DNA from: Anaerolineales bacterium
Lineage (GTDB): Bacteria; Chloroflexota; Anaerolineae; Anaerolineales; DRMV01
Direction of reading: 5' to 3'
DNA length: 64,000 bases
Assembly: GCA_026996855.1 (NCBI GenBank)
Contig: JALWJZ010000016.1
Coordinates: forward strand, 567-64,566
In this document: piece after piece, positions 56,113 to 64,000 of the stretch
Position numbering within the stretch: position 1 is the stretch's first letter
Layout: each line of letters opens with the position of its first letter
Notes under the pieces: generated by a model
Database searches by the model: none
What the model saw: the letters and a program-made list of their open reading frames with translations, nothing else
What the model was told of the DNA's origin: nothing
Made by a program: the position numbers and the translations under genes

Positions 56113-57410
56113 GCCCCAAACGCTTCCCGCGCCGCCTCCAGCGTGCGTTCCAGGTGCTCCTCCTCGTGGGCCAGGGACATGAACGCGGATTCATACTGGG
56201 AGGGCGGGTAATAGACCCCACGGGCGGCCATCTCCCAGAACCAGCGGGCGAAACGCTTCGTGTCGGCCTGGCTCACCTCTTCCCATGTGGTGGGCGCGCG
56301 GTCCAGGAAGAACACGGTGAACATGGTGCCCACGTGCTGCACGGTGACCGGGACGCCCGCCTCTTCCGCCGCCTGCGCCAGGCCCTGGGCCAGCCGTTGG
56401 GTGCGGGCTTCCAGCGTCTCCCATACCCCCGGCTCCCGCAGGGCATCCAACGTGGCGATGCCCGCAGCCATGGCCAGGGGGTTGCCCGAAAGGGTCCCGG
56501 CCTGGTACATGGGTCCTGCCGGGGCCACGTAGCGCATGATGTCTTTGGGGCCGCCGTACGCGCCCACAGGCAGCCCGCCGCCAATGACCTTGCCCAAGGT
56601 GGTGATGTCGGGCCGGACGCCATAGCGCGCCTGCGCGCCGCCCAGGGCCACCCGGAACCCCGTCATGACCTCGTCGAAGATGAGGAGCGCGCCGTAGCGG
56701 TCGCACAGCGCGCGCAGGCCCTCCAGGAAGCCCGGTTGGGGCGGCACCACGCCCATGTTTCCGGCCACCGGTTCCACGATGACCCCCGCGATGTCCTGGC
56801 CATGGGCTTCGAAAAGGGCTTCTACCGCGGCCAGGTCGTTGTAGGGTGCGGTCAGGGTGTCCTGGGTGGTGCCGGGGGTCACGCCGGGGGAATCGGGCAG
56901 GCCCAGGGTGGCCACGCCGGAGCCAGCCCGAACCAGGAGCGCGTCCACGTGGCCGTGGTAGCACCCGACGAACTTGACGACTTTCGTCCGGCCGGTGACC
57001 GCGCGGGCCAGGCGGATGGCGCTCATGGTGGCTTCGGTGCCCGAATTCACGAAGCGCACCATTTCGATGGAAGGCACCATCTCGATGACCCGCTCCGCGA
57101 GGTCGATTTCCAGGCGGGTGGGCGCGCCGTAAGACGTACCCCGTTCCGCAGCCTGCTTCACCGCTTCCACCACTTTGGGGTGGGCATGCCCCAGGATGAG
57201 GGGTCCCCAGGAGAGCACGTAATCGATGTAGCGGTTACCGTCGGCATCCCACAGGTAGGGGCCCCGGGCCTTTTCGATGAACAGGGGGACGCCGCCCACG
57301 GCGCGGAAGGCGCGGGCCGGGGAATTTACCCCACCCGGGATGACTTCCTGGGCCTTCTCGAACAGGCGTCGGGACGTCTCCACGCGTAAAGGTCGGGTCA
57401 GGGCTTCCAT
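56094..57410 (-). CDS. hemL: glutamate-1-semialdehyde 2,1-aminomutase
   Basis: [33 protein letters not shown] at 57410 follows GAAGGAGGAG. Confidence 0.95.
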   Translation of the reverse strand: MEALTRPLRVETSRRLFEKAQEVIPGGVNSPARAFRAVGGVPLFIEKARGPYLWDADGNRYIDYVLSWGPLILGHAHPKVVEAVKQAAERGTSYGAPTRLEIDLAERVIEMVPSIEMVRFVNSGTEATMSAIRLARAVTGRTKVVKFVGCYHGHVDALLVRAGSGVATLGLPDSPGVTPGTTQDTLTAPYNDLAAVEALFEAHGQDIAGVIVEPVAGNMGVVPPQPGFLEGLRALCDRYGALLIFDEVMTGFRVALGGAQARYGVRPDITTLGKVIGGGLPVGAYGGPKDIMRYVAPAGPMYQAGTLSGNPLAMAAGIATLDALREPGVWETLEARTQRLAQGLAQAAEEAGVPVTVQHVGTMFTVFFLDRAPTTWEEVSQADTKRFARWFWEMAARGVYYPPSQYESAFMSLAHEEEHLERTLEAAREAFGAVSGQQ

Positions 57411-57424
57411 GGTGCTCCTCCTTC

Positions 57425-57466
57425 GGCTGTCCGCCCACTGCTGACTGCTCACCGCTCACTGCCCAA
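57425..57466. repeat. heptamer array (6 units, C-rich type) across the PIN stop and hemL upstream spacer
   Basis: ggctgtc cgcccac tgctgac tgctcac cgctcac tgcccaa. Confidence 0.8.
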
Positions 57467-57940
57467 CACTGTCTCCAGGTGAAAGTCCTCGGCGAAGGGG
57501 TTGACGAAATGCACGCCTTCGATGGTGCTGCCGATAGCGAAGTCCTCGGTGAAGACCAGGGGGATTTGGTGCATCCGGGCCACGGCCCAGATTTGGGCGT
57601 CCCAGTAGGAAAAGCGGTACCGCCGCACCCCGCGTATAGCCTCCAGCACCACGGTTTCGGTAACGGGCAGCACCCGGAACGTGCGGGCCAGGTCCTCCAC
57701 CAAAGCCTGGGCCTGTTCGGGCGAGAGAGCAGGCCGGAGTTTCCGGGTGACCGTGTTGAAAAATTCGCCCAGAATCTGCGTGCTGATGATGCCCAGGCCA
57801 TGCTGTACCAGGCCTTCCAACACTTGCAAGGCACGGGCCTGCTTCTCTGGCTCGGAGCGGTCGTAGGCATACACCAGGACGTTGGTATCCAGGAAGACAT
57901 TGTTCCACTTATTTGCGGGGCCAGCGAAGACGTTCTTCAT
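57449..57940 (-). CDS. PIN-domain toxin (VapC-like)
   Basis: [37 protein letters not shown]. Confidence 0.75.
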   Translation of the reverse strand: MKNVFAGPANKWNNVFLDTNVLVYAYDRSEPEKQARALQVLEGLVQHGLGIISTQILGEFFNTVTRKLRPALSPEQAQALVEDLARTFRVLPVTETVVLEAIRGVRRYRFSYWDAQIWAVARMHQIPLVFTEDFAIGSTIEGVHFVNPFAEDFHLETVLGSER

Positions 57941-58187
57941 AGAGCTCCTCCCTGGTCCAGGTTCGTCCTCCGGGCACGGGACCTTGGCTCATCCACCATT
58001 CGGCGAAGGCTTTGAGCCGTTGCCAGGCTTCCTGGCGTTCCCGTTCCTCCAGCGCCTGGCGGAGATACAAATCCAGCGCCCGGCGGATGAGTTCGGCTTC
58101 GGAGACCTGAAGCAGCCGGGAAAGGGTCTTCAACCGCTGCTCCTGGTGGGGTTCTAGATAGATTTGCTTGCGCACCATTCGGGCCAT
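57909..58187 (-). CDS. ribbon-helix-helix (CopG/VapB-like) antitoxin
   Basis: KQIYLEPHQEQRLKTLSRLLQVSEAELIRRALDLYL. SD is GGAGGTG. Overlaps the PIN start. Confidence 0.7.
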   Translation of the reverse strand: MARMVRKQIYLEPHQEQRLKTLSRLLQVSEAELIRRALDLYLRQALEERERQEAWQRLKAFAEWWMSQGPVPGGRTWTREELYEERLRWPRK

Positions 58188-58201
58188 AGCACACCTCCGT
58201 A

Positions 58202-58222
58202 TACATCACATGTACATCACAT
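58202..58222. promoter_or_regulatory. 10-nt direct repeat tacatcacat-g-tacatcacat upstream of the RHH antitoxin (candidate operator)
   Basis: Two identical 10-mers with an 11-nt period, 15-35 nt upstream of ATG 58187, touching the hemA stop codon. Confidence 0.3.
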
Positions 58223-59520
58223 CATACCAGGCCCGAAGGGCCGCTGGCCCCGCGTTTTCCGTCTTCTTCCAACTCGAACAGGCGGGCCAGGGCTTGGGCG
58301 TAGGGCGCTTCGTGCCCCTCCTGGGCCAGGGACCGCAGGTTGCGGGCCGGGATTTGCAGCCATTTCTCCAGCAGGATGCGGGTGACCTCCTCCACCACCT
58401 CCTGGGTCTCGCCGTTGACGTGCAGGCGCTTCAGGGTGCGCCGGACCACGTCCTGGCGCAGGGCCTCGGCGCGACGGTGCAGGGCCGTGAGCAAGGGCGC
58501 CACCCGGCGGGCCTGCCACCACCGAAGGAATTCCGCCATCTCCTCCCGCAAGATGGTCTCGGCCTGAGGCACCGCGGCCCGACGTTGGGCCAGGCCGGCA
58601 TCCACCACGCCCCGCAGGTCGTCGATGTCGAACAGGCGCACCTGGGGCAGGTCGGCCAGCCGGGGGTCCACGTTGCGGGGCACGCCGATATCCACCATCA
58701 GCAACGGCCGCTCCCGCGCGGCCAGCACGGGCGCGGCCGCCTGGTAGGTGAGCACGGGCTGGGGCGCGGCCACCGCGGTAACGACCACATCAGCCCACAG
58801 GAGGGCCTCATGCCAGGCCTGCCAGGGGAAGGTACGGCCCTCCACTTCCCGGGCCAGGTCCTCGGCTCGCTGGGGGGTGCGGTTCATGACCGCCAGGTGC
58901 CGAAAGCCCAGGCTGTGCAGATGCCGGGCCACGGTGCGGGCCATGGCCCCCGCGCCCACCACCAGGGCCCTGTGCCTGGGCGAGGCGTGTTCCCGCACCA
59001 GGTGGGCCGCGGCCGAGCTGACCGAAGCCGGCGCACGGCCAATGGCCGTTTCCCGCCGCACCCGCTTGCCCGCGGTCACGGCCTGCTGGAACAGGCGGTG
59101 CAGGATGGGACCCACCACGCCGGTCCGTCGCGCGGCCTGCCAGGCTTCCCGCACCTGGCCCAGAATCTCGGGTTCGCCGAGAATCATGGAATCCAGGCCC
59201 GCGGCCACCCGGAAGAGGTGCCAGACCGCGTCCCGGTCCTCCAGGAGGTAGAGGTGTTCCTGTAAGGCCTGCAGGGAAAGCCCGGCCAAACGGTGCACCA
59301 GGGCGTTGTACCCCGCGTCCGCGGCCTGGGCCGACTCGGCCACCAGGTAAACCTCGAAGCGGTTGCAGGTGGAAAGCACCACGGCTTCGTTGGGATGGGG
59401 GCCTTCGCCCTGGAGCACGGCCTGCACCGCGGGCCAGAGGCGACTTTCCTCCACGGCCAGCCGTTCCCGCAACGCCACCGGCGCGGTGCGATGGTTCATG
59501 CCGTAAAGGACCACCTGCAT
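58222..59520 (-). CDS. hemA: glutamyl-tRNA reductase
   Basis: GMNHRTAPVALRE..VLSTCNRFEVY..VVGAGAMA. Confidence 0.92.
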   Translation of the reverse strand: MQVVLYGMNHRTAPVALRERLAVEESRLWPAVQAVLQGEGPHPNEAVVLSTCNRFEVYLVAESAQAADAGYNALVHRLAGLSLQALQEHLYLLEDRDAVWHLFRVAAGLDSMILGEPEILGQVREAWQAARRTGVVGPILHRLFQQAVTAGKRVRRETAIGRAPASVSSAAAHLVREHASPRHRALVVGAGAMARTVARHLHSLGFRHLAVMNRTPQRAEDLAREVEGRTFPWQAWHEALLWADVVVTAVAAPQPVLTYQAAAPVLAARERPLLMVDIGVPRNVDPRLADLPQVRLFDIDDLRGVVDAGLAQRRAAVPQAETILREEMAEFLRWWQARRVAPLLTALHRRAEALRQDVVRRTLKRLHVNGETQEVVEEVTRILLEKWLQIPARNLRSLAQEGHEAPYAQALARLFELEEDGKRGASGPSGLV

Positions 59521-59530
59521 GGGAACCTCC

Positions 59531-59607
59531 CAGCGGTCGGCAGTGAGCAGTGGGCAGTCAGCGGTGGGAAGTGGGCTGTGGGCGGTCGGCGGTTGGTGGA
59601 TGGTAGT
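59531..59607. repeat. 11-unit G-rich heptamer array (left arm flanking the four-helix-bundle gene)
   Basis: cagcggt cggcagt gagcagt gggcagt cagcggt gggaagt gggctgt gggcggt cggcggt tggtgga tggtagt. Confidence 0.9.
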
Positions 59608-59639
59608 AAAATTTGTGCAGATGGCATGCGAGGTGGGGT

Positions 59640-60008
59640 ATGGGGCGCATGCGGTCGCATCGTGATTTGGAAGTGTGGAAGCGTTCGGCCCAATTCGCGC
59701 AGCGGATTTACCAGGTGACCGCCCACTTCCCCGACCAGGAGAAATACAACCTGACTGCGCAACTGCGGCGGGCCAGCACGTCGATTCCCGCCAACATCGC
59801 CAAAGGCCATGGACGTCGCACCGAGGGCGCGTTTGCTTTGCACCTGGATATTGCCTTGGGTTCGCTGGCGGAAATCGACACGTTCCTGTACCTGGCGCAC
59901 CATTTGGGCTATCTCTCCCAAGATGTTTACGAAGAATTGCTGAACGAACTCACCATTATCCGTCGCATGCTGTACCGCCTCTACAACCGCGTCCAATCTA
60001 ACCGCTGA
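59640..60008 (+). CDS. four-helix-bundle protein (TIGR02436 / 23S rRNA intervening-sequence protein family, Avd-like)
   Basis: RDLEVWKRSAQFAQRIYQVTAHFPDQEKYNLTAQLRRASTSIPANIAKGHGR..ALGSLAEIDTFLYLA. The start could be 59649. Confidence 0.85.
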   Translation: MGRMRSHRDLEVWKRSAQFAQRIYQVTAHFPDQEKYNLTAQLRRASTSIPANIAKGHGRRTEGAFALHLDIALGSLAEIDTFLYLAHHLGYLSQDVYEELLNELTIIRRMLYRLYNRVQSNR

Positions 60009-61143
60009 CGGCCGACGGCCGACCGCCGACCGCCGTCTGCCGTCCGCTGACTGCTGCCGGCTGATACACACACAACGGGTCCCATTCCAGCGGGTCGCCG
60101 AAGACCGCGTAAGCCCGGGCGCGAGAGCCGCCGCAGACCTTGCGATACTCGCAGTAGCCGCACTTTCCCTTGAGTTGGTCGGGGTCCCGCAGGGCGCGGA
60201 AGAGGGGGTGGTTGCGGTAGACCTCCACAGGGTGATGGGTACGCACGTTGCCCGTCACGATGGGCAGGAACCCCGCGGGATAGATTTCCCCAATGTGGGA
60301 AACGAACATGATGCCCGACCCATCCCGGATGCCGAAGCCAAAACGGAGGCGTTTGGGCATCTCTCGATTGCCTTCGGCTTTGGCCCGCTGCAAGGCCACC
60401 CGACGGTAGTGATGGGCTTCCGTAGTCTTGATGGCAAAGGGCGCTTCCTTGGCAAAGTCGTACAGCCAGTTGAGCAGGTCCTCGGCCTGTTCTGGGGTGA
60501 TGTCGCCCAGCACCTTCCCCCGGCCCACCGGGACTAAGAAGAACACGCTCCAGCGCTCCACGCCCAGGTCCACCAAAAGGCGGCCGATGTTGGGGATGTC
60601 GTCATAAGTCTCCGCGCAAACTAAGGTGTTGATTTGCAAAGGGAGACCCGCCTCCTTGGCCCAGCGAATGGCCGCAACGGTTTGTTCGAAACTCCCTGGC
60701 ACCATGCGGATGGCGTCGTGGCGCTCGGGCGTGGAGCCGTCCAAACTCACCGACATCATCCACACGCCCACGTCTTTGAAGCGGTGGACCACGTCCCGGG
60801 TCAGCGCATAGGTGCCGCTGGGGGTGATGGCAGTGAGGAAGCCCCGTTCTACCGAAGCCTGAAGCAAATCGAAGAGGTCGGGCCGCTTGAGGGGGTCACC
60901 GCCGGTGAACACGATGTGGGGCTTGGGTTCCCCGAATTCCAGGAATCTGTCCAGCAGGGCCAGACCCTCTTCGGTGGTGAGTTCCAGGGGATGGCGATGG
61001 GGCTGGGCCTCGGCCCGGCAGTGGCGGCAGACCAGGTCGCAGGCCCGGGTGACTTCCCAGTAGATGAGCATGGGTGCCTTGTGAATGTCGGGCCGCTGGA
61101 AGGCCGGGGGCCGTTTGCCGTTGGTCGGGGAAGGACGTGCCAT
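59998..61143 (-). CDS. radical SAM/SPASM protein of the AhbD (heme b synthase)-like type
   Basis: WEVTRACDLVCRHCR radical SAM cluster, and C-terminal CGYCEYRKVCGGSRARA. The last ~19 aa (AAVSGRQTAVGGRPSAVSG) are array-encoded. Confidence 0.75.
   Translation of the reverse strand: MARPSPTNGKRPPAFQRPDIHKAPMLIYWEVTRACDLVCRHCRAEAQPHRHPLELTTEEGLALLDRFLEFGEPKPHIVFTGGDPLKRPDLFDLLQASVERGFLTAITPSGTYALTRDVVHRFKDVGVWMMSVSLDGSTPERHDAIRMVPGSFEQTVAAIRWAKEAGLPLQINTLVCAETYDDIPNIGRLLVDLGVERWSVFFLVPVGRGKVLGDITPEQAEDLLNWLYDFAKEAPFAIKTTEAHHYRRVALQRAKAEGNREMPKRLRFGFGIRDGSGIMFVSHIGEIYPAGFLPIVTGNVRTHHPVEVYRNHPLFRALRDPDQLKGKCGYCEYRKVCGGSRARAYAVFGDPLEWDPLCVYQPAAVSGRQTAVGGRPSAVSG
60001..60063. repeat. 9-unit C-rich heptamer array (right arm flanking the four-helix-bundle gene)
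   Basis: accgctg acggccg acggccg accgccg accgccg tctgccg tccgctg actgctg ccggctg. Confidence 0.9.
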
Positions 61144-61161
61144 GGAAGACCTCCTTTTGAA

Positions 61162-61273
61162 GGGCCGTTGGCCGGCAGCCGTTGGCCGTTGGTGGAAAGC
61201 AGTCGGCGGTCAGCGGACGGCGGTCGGCCGTCGGCCGTCGGCTGACTGCTCACCGCTCACTGCTGACCGCCGT
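61162..61273. repeat. 16-unit heptamer array forming a near-palindrome in the hemQ / radical SAM spacer
   Basis: gggccgt tggccgg cagccgt .. cggcggt cggccgt cggccgt | cggctga ctgctca ccgctca ctgctga ccgccgt. Confidence 0.9.
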
Positions 61274-61909
61274 AATAATCGGTGTATCCCGCAAGGTGAA
61301 CTTGCGGGCCTCGGTGCTGCGCAGGTCCTGGACCAAATCCGAGAACTGGACCACGTCGTCGGTTTCGTAGACCACGACGAACTCCTGGTCCTGCACGCCA
61401 AAGGAGTACAGCAGGAGTTGCAGAATCTCGGGGTACTGCCGGCCCACCCGGATGTGTTCGTTCATCATGCCCTGGCGGGCATCCCGGCTCATCAGGTACC
61501 ACTCGGCCGTCTTGACGAAGGGGTACACGATGAGGTAGCGCTTGCGGACTTCCCCGAAGGGGTCGATTTCCTGGGGCGAACGGCCTTTCGCATAGATGGA
61601 GGGTTTGGTCACGCCCCACAGGGTGAGGGGCACTTCGGCATAGGGGTGCAGCGGTTCAAAGGCCCGGGCGAAGCCGGTGAAGAACCGGGCCGGGGTTTCG
61701 GGGTCTTCGTAGGGAATCGCGCACCAGAGGAGCACGTCGGCCTCGTGGCGGCTGGGGAAGACCTGGTACAGGTAGCGCCGCGGGGCCGCCTCGGCCAGGG
61801 CTTCCACCACCTGTTGCAGAAGGCCCTCGCGGGCCGCAGGCTCCAACTGCCAGTACGCGGGGCGGAACTTGAGCAGGGTGAAGTGGTTCAGCGAGCGTCG
61901 TTCAGCCAT
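61250..61909 (-). CDS. hemQ: coproheme decarboxylase (HemQ/ChdC, chlorite dismutase family)
   Basis: [38 protein letters not shown] is AGGAGG. Confidence 0.88.
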   Translation of the reverse strand: MAERRSLNHFTLLKFRPAYWQLEPAAREGLLQQVVEALAEAAPRRYLYQVFPSRHEADVLLWCAIPYEDPETPARFFTGFARAFEPLHPYAEVPLTLWGVTKPSIYAKGRSPQEIDPFGEVRKRYLIVYPFVKTAEWYLMSRDARQGMMNEHIRVGRQYPEILQLLLYSFGVQDQEFVVVYETDDVVQFSDLVQDLRSTEARKFTLRDTPIITAVSSER

Positions 61910-62877
61910 CGGGCCACCTCCTTGGCGTGATACGTGAGGATGAGGTCCGCGCCGGCGCGTTTGATGGCGGTGAGGATTTCCAGGGCCACCGCGCGCTCGT
62001 CCAGCCAGCCCCGCTGGGCCGCGGCCTTGACCATGGCGTACTCGCCGCTCACGTTGTACGCGGCCACCGGCACGGGGAAGGCCTCCCGCACGGCCCGGAT
62101 GACGTCCAGATACGCCAGCGCGGGCTTGACCATGACGATGTCCGCGCCTTCCGCGATGTCCAGGGCCACTTCCCGCAGGGCTTCCCGGGCGTTGGCCGGG
62201 TTCATCTGGTACCCCCGGCGGTCGCCGAACTGGGGCGGACTCTGGGCCGCGTCCCGGAAGGGGCCGTAGAAATGACTGGCGTACTTGGCTGCGTAGGCCA
62301 TGATGGGGATGTGGGCGTACCCGGCCTCATCCAGCGCGCGGCGGATGGCCGCAACCTGACCGTCCATCATCCCGCTGGGCGCGACCATGTCCGCGCCGGC
62401 CTGGGCATGGGTCACGGCCACCTTCCCGTAAATCTCCAGGGTCTCGTCGTTGACCACCTCGCCTTCCCGCACGATGCCGCAATGGCCGTGGTCGGTGTAT
62501 TCGCACATGCACACATCGGTGATGACCACCAGGTCGGGCACGGCCTGCTTGATGGCCCGGATGGCCTTGGGGATGATGCCCTCCGGGTCGAAGTTCTCCG
62601 TACCGATGGGGTCCTTGTGGGCTGGGATGCCGAAGAGGATGACCGCGGGGATGCCCAGGGCCGCGGCCTCCTCGGCTTCCCGCACGGCTTCGTCCACCGA
62701 AAGTTGGTAGACGCCAGGCATGGACGGAACCTCCCGGCGCACCCTTTTCCCATGAACTACGAAGAGGGGATAGATGAGGTCGTCCACCGTGAGCACGGTC
62801 TCCTGCATCATGCGCCGCAAGGCCGGGGTCCGGCGCAGACGCCGCAAGCGGGTTTGGGGGAAGGAGCCAAGGTGCAT
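61888..62877 (-). CDS. hemB: porphobilinogen synthase
   Basis: [33 protein letters not shown]. Confidence 0.95.
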   Translation of the reverse strand: MHLGSFPQTRLRRLRRTPALRRMMQETVLTVDDLIYPLFVVHGKRVRREVPSMPGVYQLSVDEAVREAEEAAALGIPAVILFGIPAHKDPIGTENFDPEGIIPKAIRAIKQAVPDLVVITDVCMCEYTDHGHCGIVREGEVVNDETLEIYGKVAVTHAQAGADMVAPSGMMDGQVAAIRRALDEAGYAHIPIMAYAAKYASHFYGPFRDAAQSPPQFGDRRGYQMNPANAREALREVALDIAEGADIVMVKPALAYLDVIRAVREAFPVPVAAYNVSGEYAMVKAAAQRGWLDERAVALEILTAIKRAGADLILTYHAKEVARWLNDAR

Positions 62878-62891
62878 GGGATACCTCCGGG

Positions 62892-63059
62892 GAAGTGGAC
62901 AGTGGACAGTGGTCAGTGGTCAGTGAACAGTGAACAGTGGTCAGTGGCGGTGGCGGTCGGCAGTCGGCTATCTGCTGTCTGCTATCTGCTGTCGGCTATC
63001 TGCTGTCTGCTATCTGCTATCTGCTCACTGCTGACGGCTGTCCGCTGACCGCTCACTGC
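62892..63059. repeat. 24-unit heptamer array in one uninterrupted register (hemD 3' end / hemB upstream)
   Basis: gaagtgg acagtgg acagtgg tcagtgg .. agtcggc | tatctgc tgtctgc tatctgc tgtcggc .. tgaccgc tcactgc. Confidence 0.95.
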
Positions 63060-64000
63060 TTCTACCAGTCCTTCCATGGTGTACTGCTGGGCCACGGCGT
63101 GGACGGGCAGGCCGGCCTCGCGCGCGGCCCGGGCGGTGATGGGGCCGATGCACACCACCCGCACGCCGGGCGGCAGGGGCCGTCCCCCCAGGGCCTGGAC
63201 GAAGCCCTGCACCGTGGACGGGCTGGTGAAGGTCACCACGTCCACCTCGTCCAGCGGGGGCGGCGTATCGGGCGGGGCCACTAAGGTGCGGTAGGCCACC
63301 ACCTCGTCCACCTGGGCGCCCCGGCTCTGGAGGATTTCCCGCAGCGTGGGCCGGGCCCGGTCGGCCCGGGCCAGCAGGATGCGCAACCCCCGCACGTCGC
63401 CCAGGGCATCGGCCAGGGCTTCGGCCACGTAAGCCGGGGGGATGAGGTCCGGCTCCCGGCCCTGGGCCTGTAAGGCCTTCGCGGTGGCGGGGCCGATGAC
63501 GGCGATGCGGACGTCCGCGGGCACTCGCAGGCCCAGGGCCTGAAGTCGGTTCCACACGAAGCGCACGCCGTTGGCCGAGGTCAAGACCAGCCAGTCGTAC
63601 CCGCCCCGGCTCAGGCGGTGCAGGGCCTGGTCCAGGGGTCCCCAGTTTTCGGGCGGCGCGATGCGGATGGTGGGGTAGAGCACAGGCTCGTACCCTGCCT
63701 CCCGCAGGCGGGCCAGCCATGCCTCGGCCTGCTCCGGGGGCCGGGTGATGAGGACGCGGAGCGGACGGCGGTCGGCAGTCGGCAGTCGGCTGTCCGCTGT
63801 CGGCTGTCCGCTGACCGCTGCCTGCTGACCGCTGCCTGCTGACTGCGCACTGCGCACTGCGGACTGCCCACTCCGCACCTGCATCGCCAATTCCCGTCCC
63901 AACCCCTCCGCTTCCTCCATCGGGGCCTGGCCCCGGACGCGATAGGGCGTGCCGTCGGCCGCGACGTACAGGGCGGTGAGGGTGAGGGTTCCTCCCTGCA
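62982..64000 (-). CDS. hemD: uroporphyrinogen-III synthase, continuous with a HemC (porphobilinogen deaminase) C-terminus through a repeat-encoded linker; 5' partial
   Basis: LRVLITRPPEQAE..WLVLTSANGV..VTFTSPSTV is HemD. The frame stays open upstream of M at 63920 to nt 64000 (..TLTALYVAADGTPYRVRGQAPMEEAEGLGRELA, HemC-like). Confidence 0.8.
   Translation of the reverse strand, partial: QGGTLTLTALYVAADGTPYRVRGQAPMEEAEGLGRELAMQVRSGQSAVRSAQSAGSGQQAAVSGQPTADSRLPTADRRPLRVLITRPPEQAEAWLARLREAGYEPVLYPTIRIAPPENWGPLDQALHRLSRGGYDWLVLTSANGVRFVWNRLQALGLRVPADVRIAVIGPATAKALQAQGREPDLIPPAYVAEALADALGDVRGLRILLARADRARPTLREILQSRGAQVDEVVAYRTLVAPPDTPPPLDEVDVVTFTSPSTVQGFVQALGGRPLPPGVRVVCIGPITARAAREAGLPVHAVAQQYTMEGLVEAVSGQRTAVSSEQIADSRQQIADSR
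63756..63881. repeat. 18-unit heptamer array translated as the hemC-hemD linker
   Basis: gcggagc ggacggc ggtcggc agtcggc agtcggc tgtccgc tgtcggc tgtccgc tgaccgc tgcctgc tgaccgc tgcctgc tgactgc gcactgc gcactgc ggactgc. Confidence 0.9.

Noticed and set aside
29438-63881. CRISPR arrays as an explanation for the short repeats.
   Set aside because: Units are 7-8 nt and directly abutting, with no spacers of 25-40 nt. There are no cas genes and no leader.

Overview
GC-rich bacterial chromosomal segment with strong GGAGG-type Shine-Dalgarno sites. Gene content looks Chloroflexota-like, but that is a low-confidence inference. I see no rRNA, CRISPR array or transposase. Left to right: BCCP-like protein, dcd, tRNA-Met and tRNA-Trp, lon, a catalytically degenerate Xer-like protein, DUF3090, a GT-C-like membrane protein, an FprA-like reductase, and a Nudix / zinc-ribbon / SEDS operon. 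Next is a 1707-aa secreted beta-helix/DUF11/GEVED surface protein ending in an LPKTG motif fused to its own sortase domain; it is followed by a 130-bp tandem array of orphan 3'-end plus terminator modules. Then come a NuoN-like pair, ccmAB, greA and a pseudo-histidine kinase. A minus-strand ilv-leu operon follows (promoter, Leu/Ile/Val leader peptide, attenuator, ilvD, ilvB, ilvN, LonC-like protease, GT-C membrane protein, ilvC, leuA). After it: maf, a BMP lipoprotein, feoABC, a DAO-type oxidoreductase, a Memo-like protein, a GNAT and two more GT-C-like membrane proteins. The window ends with a minus-strand coproporphyrin-type heme cluster (hemC/D, hemB, hemQ, AhbD-like radical SAM, hemA, hemL, hemE, hemH, hemY), which is interrupted by two type II toxin-antitoxin pairs and a plus-strand four-helix-bundle (23S-IVS/Avd-like) gene. 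The most unusual signal is a family of 7-nt tandem-repeat arrays, plus one 8-nt array, at 13 or more loci. They fill almost every intercistronic junction of the hem and ilv-leu operons and often form G-rich arm / core / C-rich arm structures. They are translated into protein tails, a linker and an in-frame insertion in ferrochelatase, and they bracket the four-helix-bundle gene. Many long ORFs in the supplied track are alternate-frame or antisense artefacts of the high GC content and are not called.
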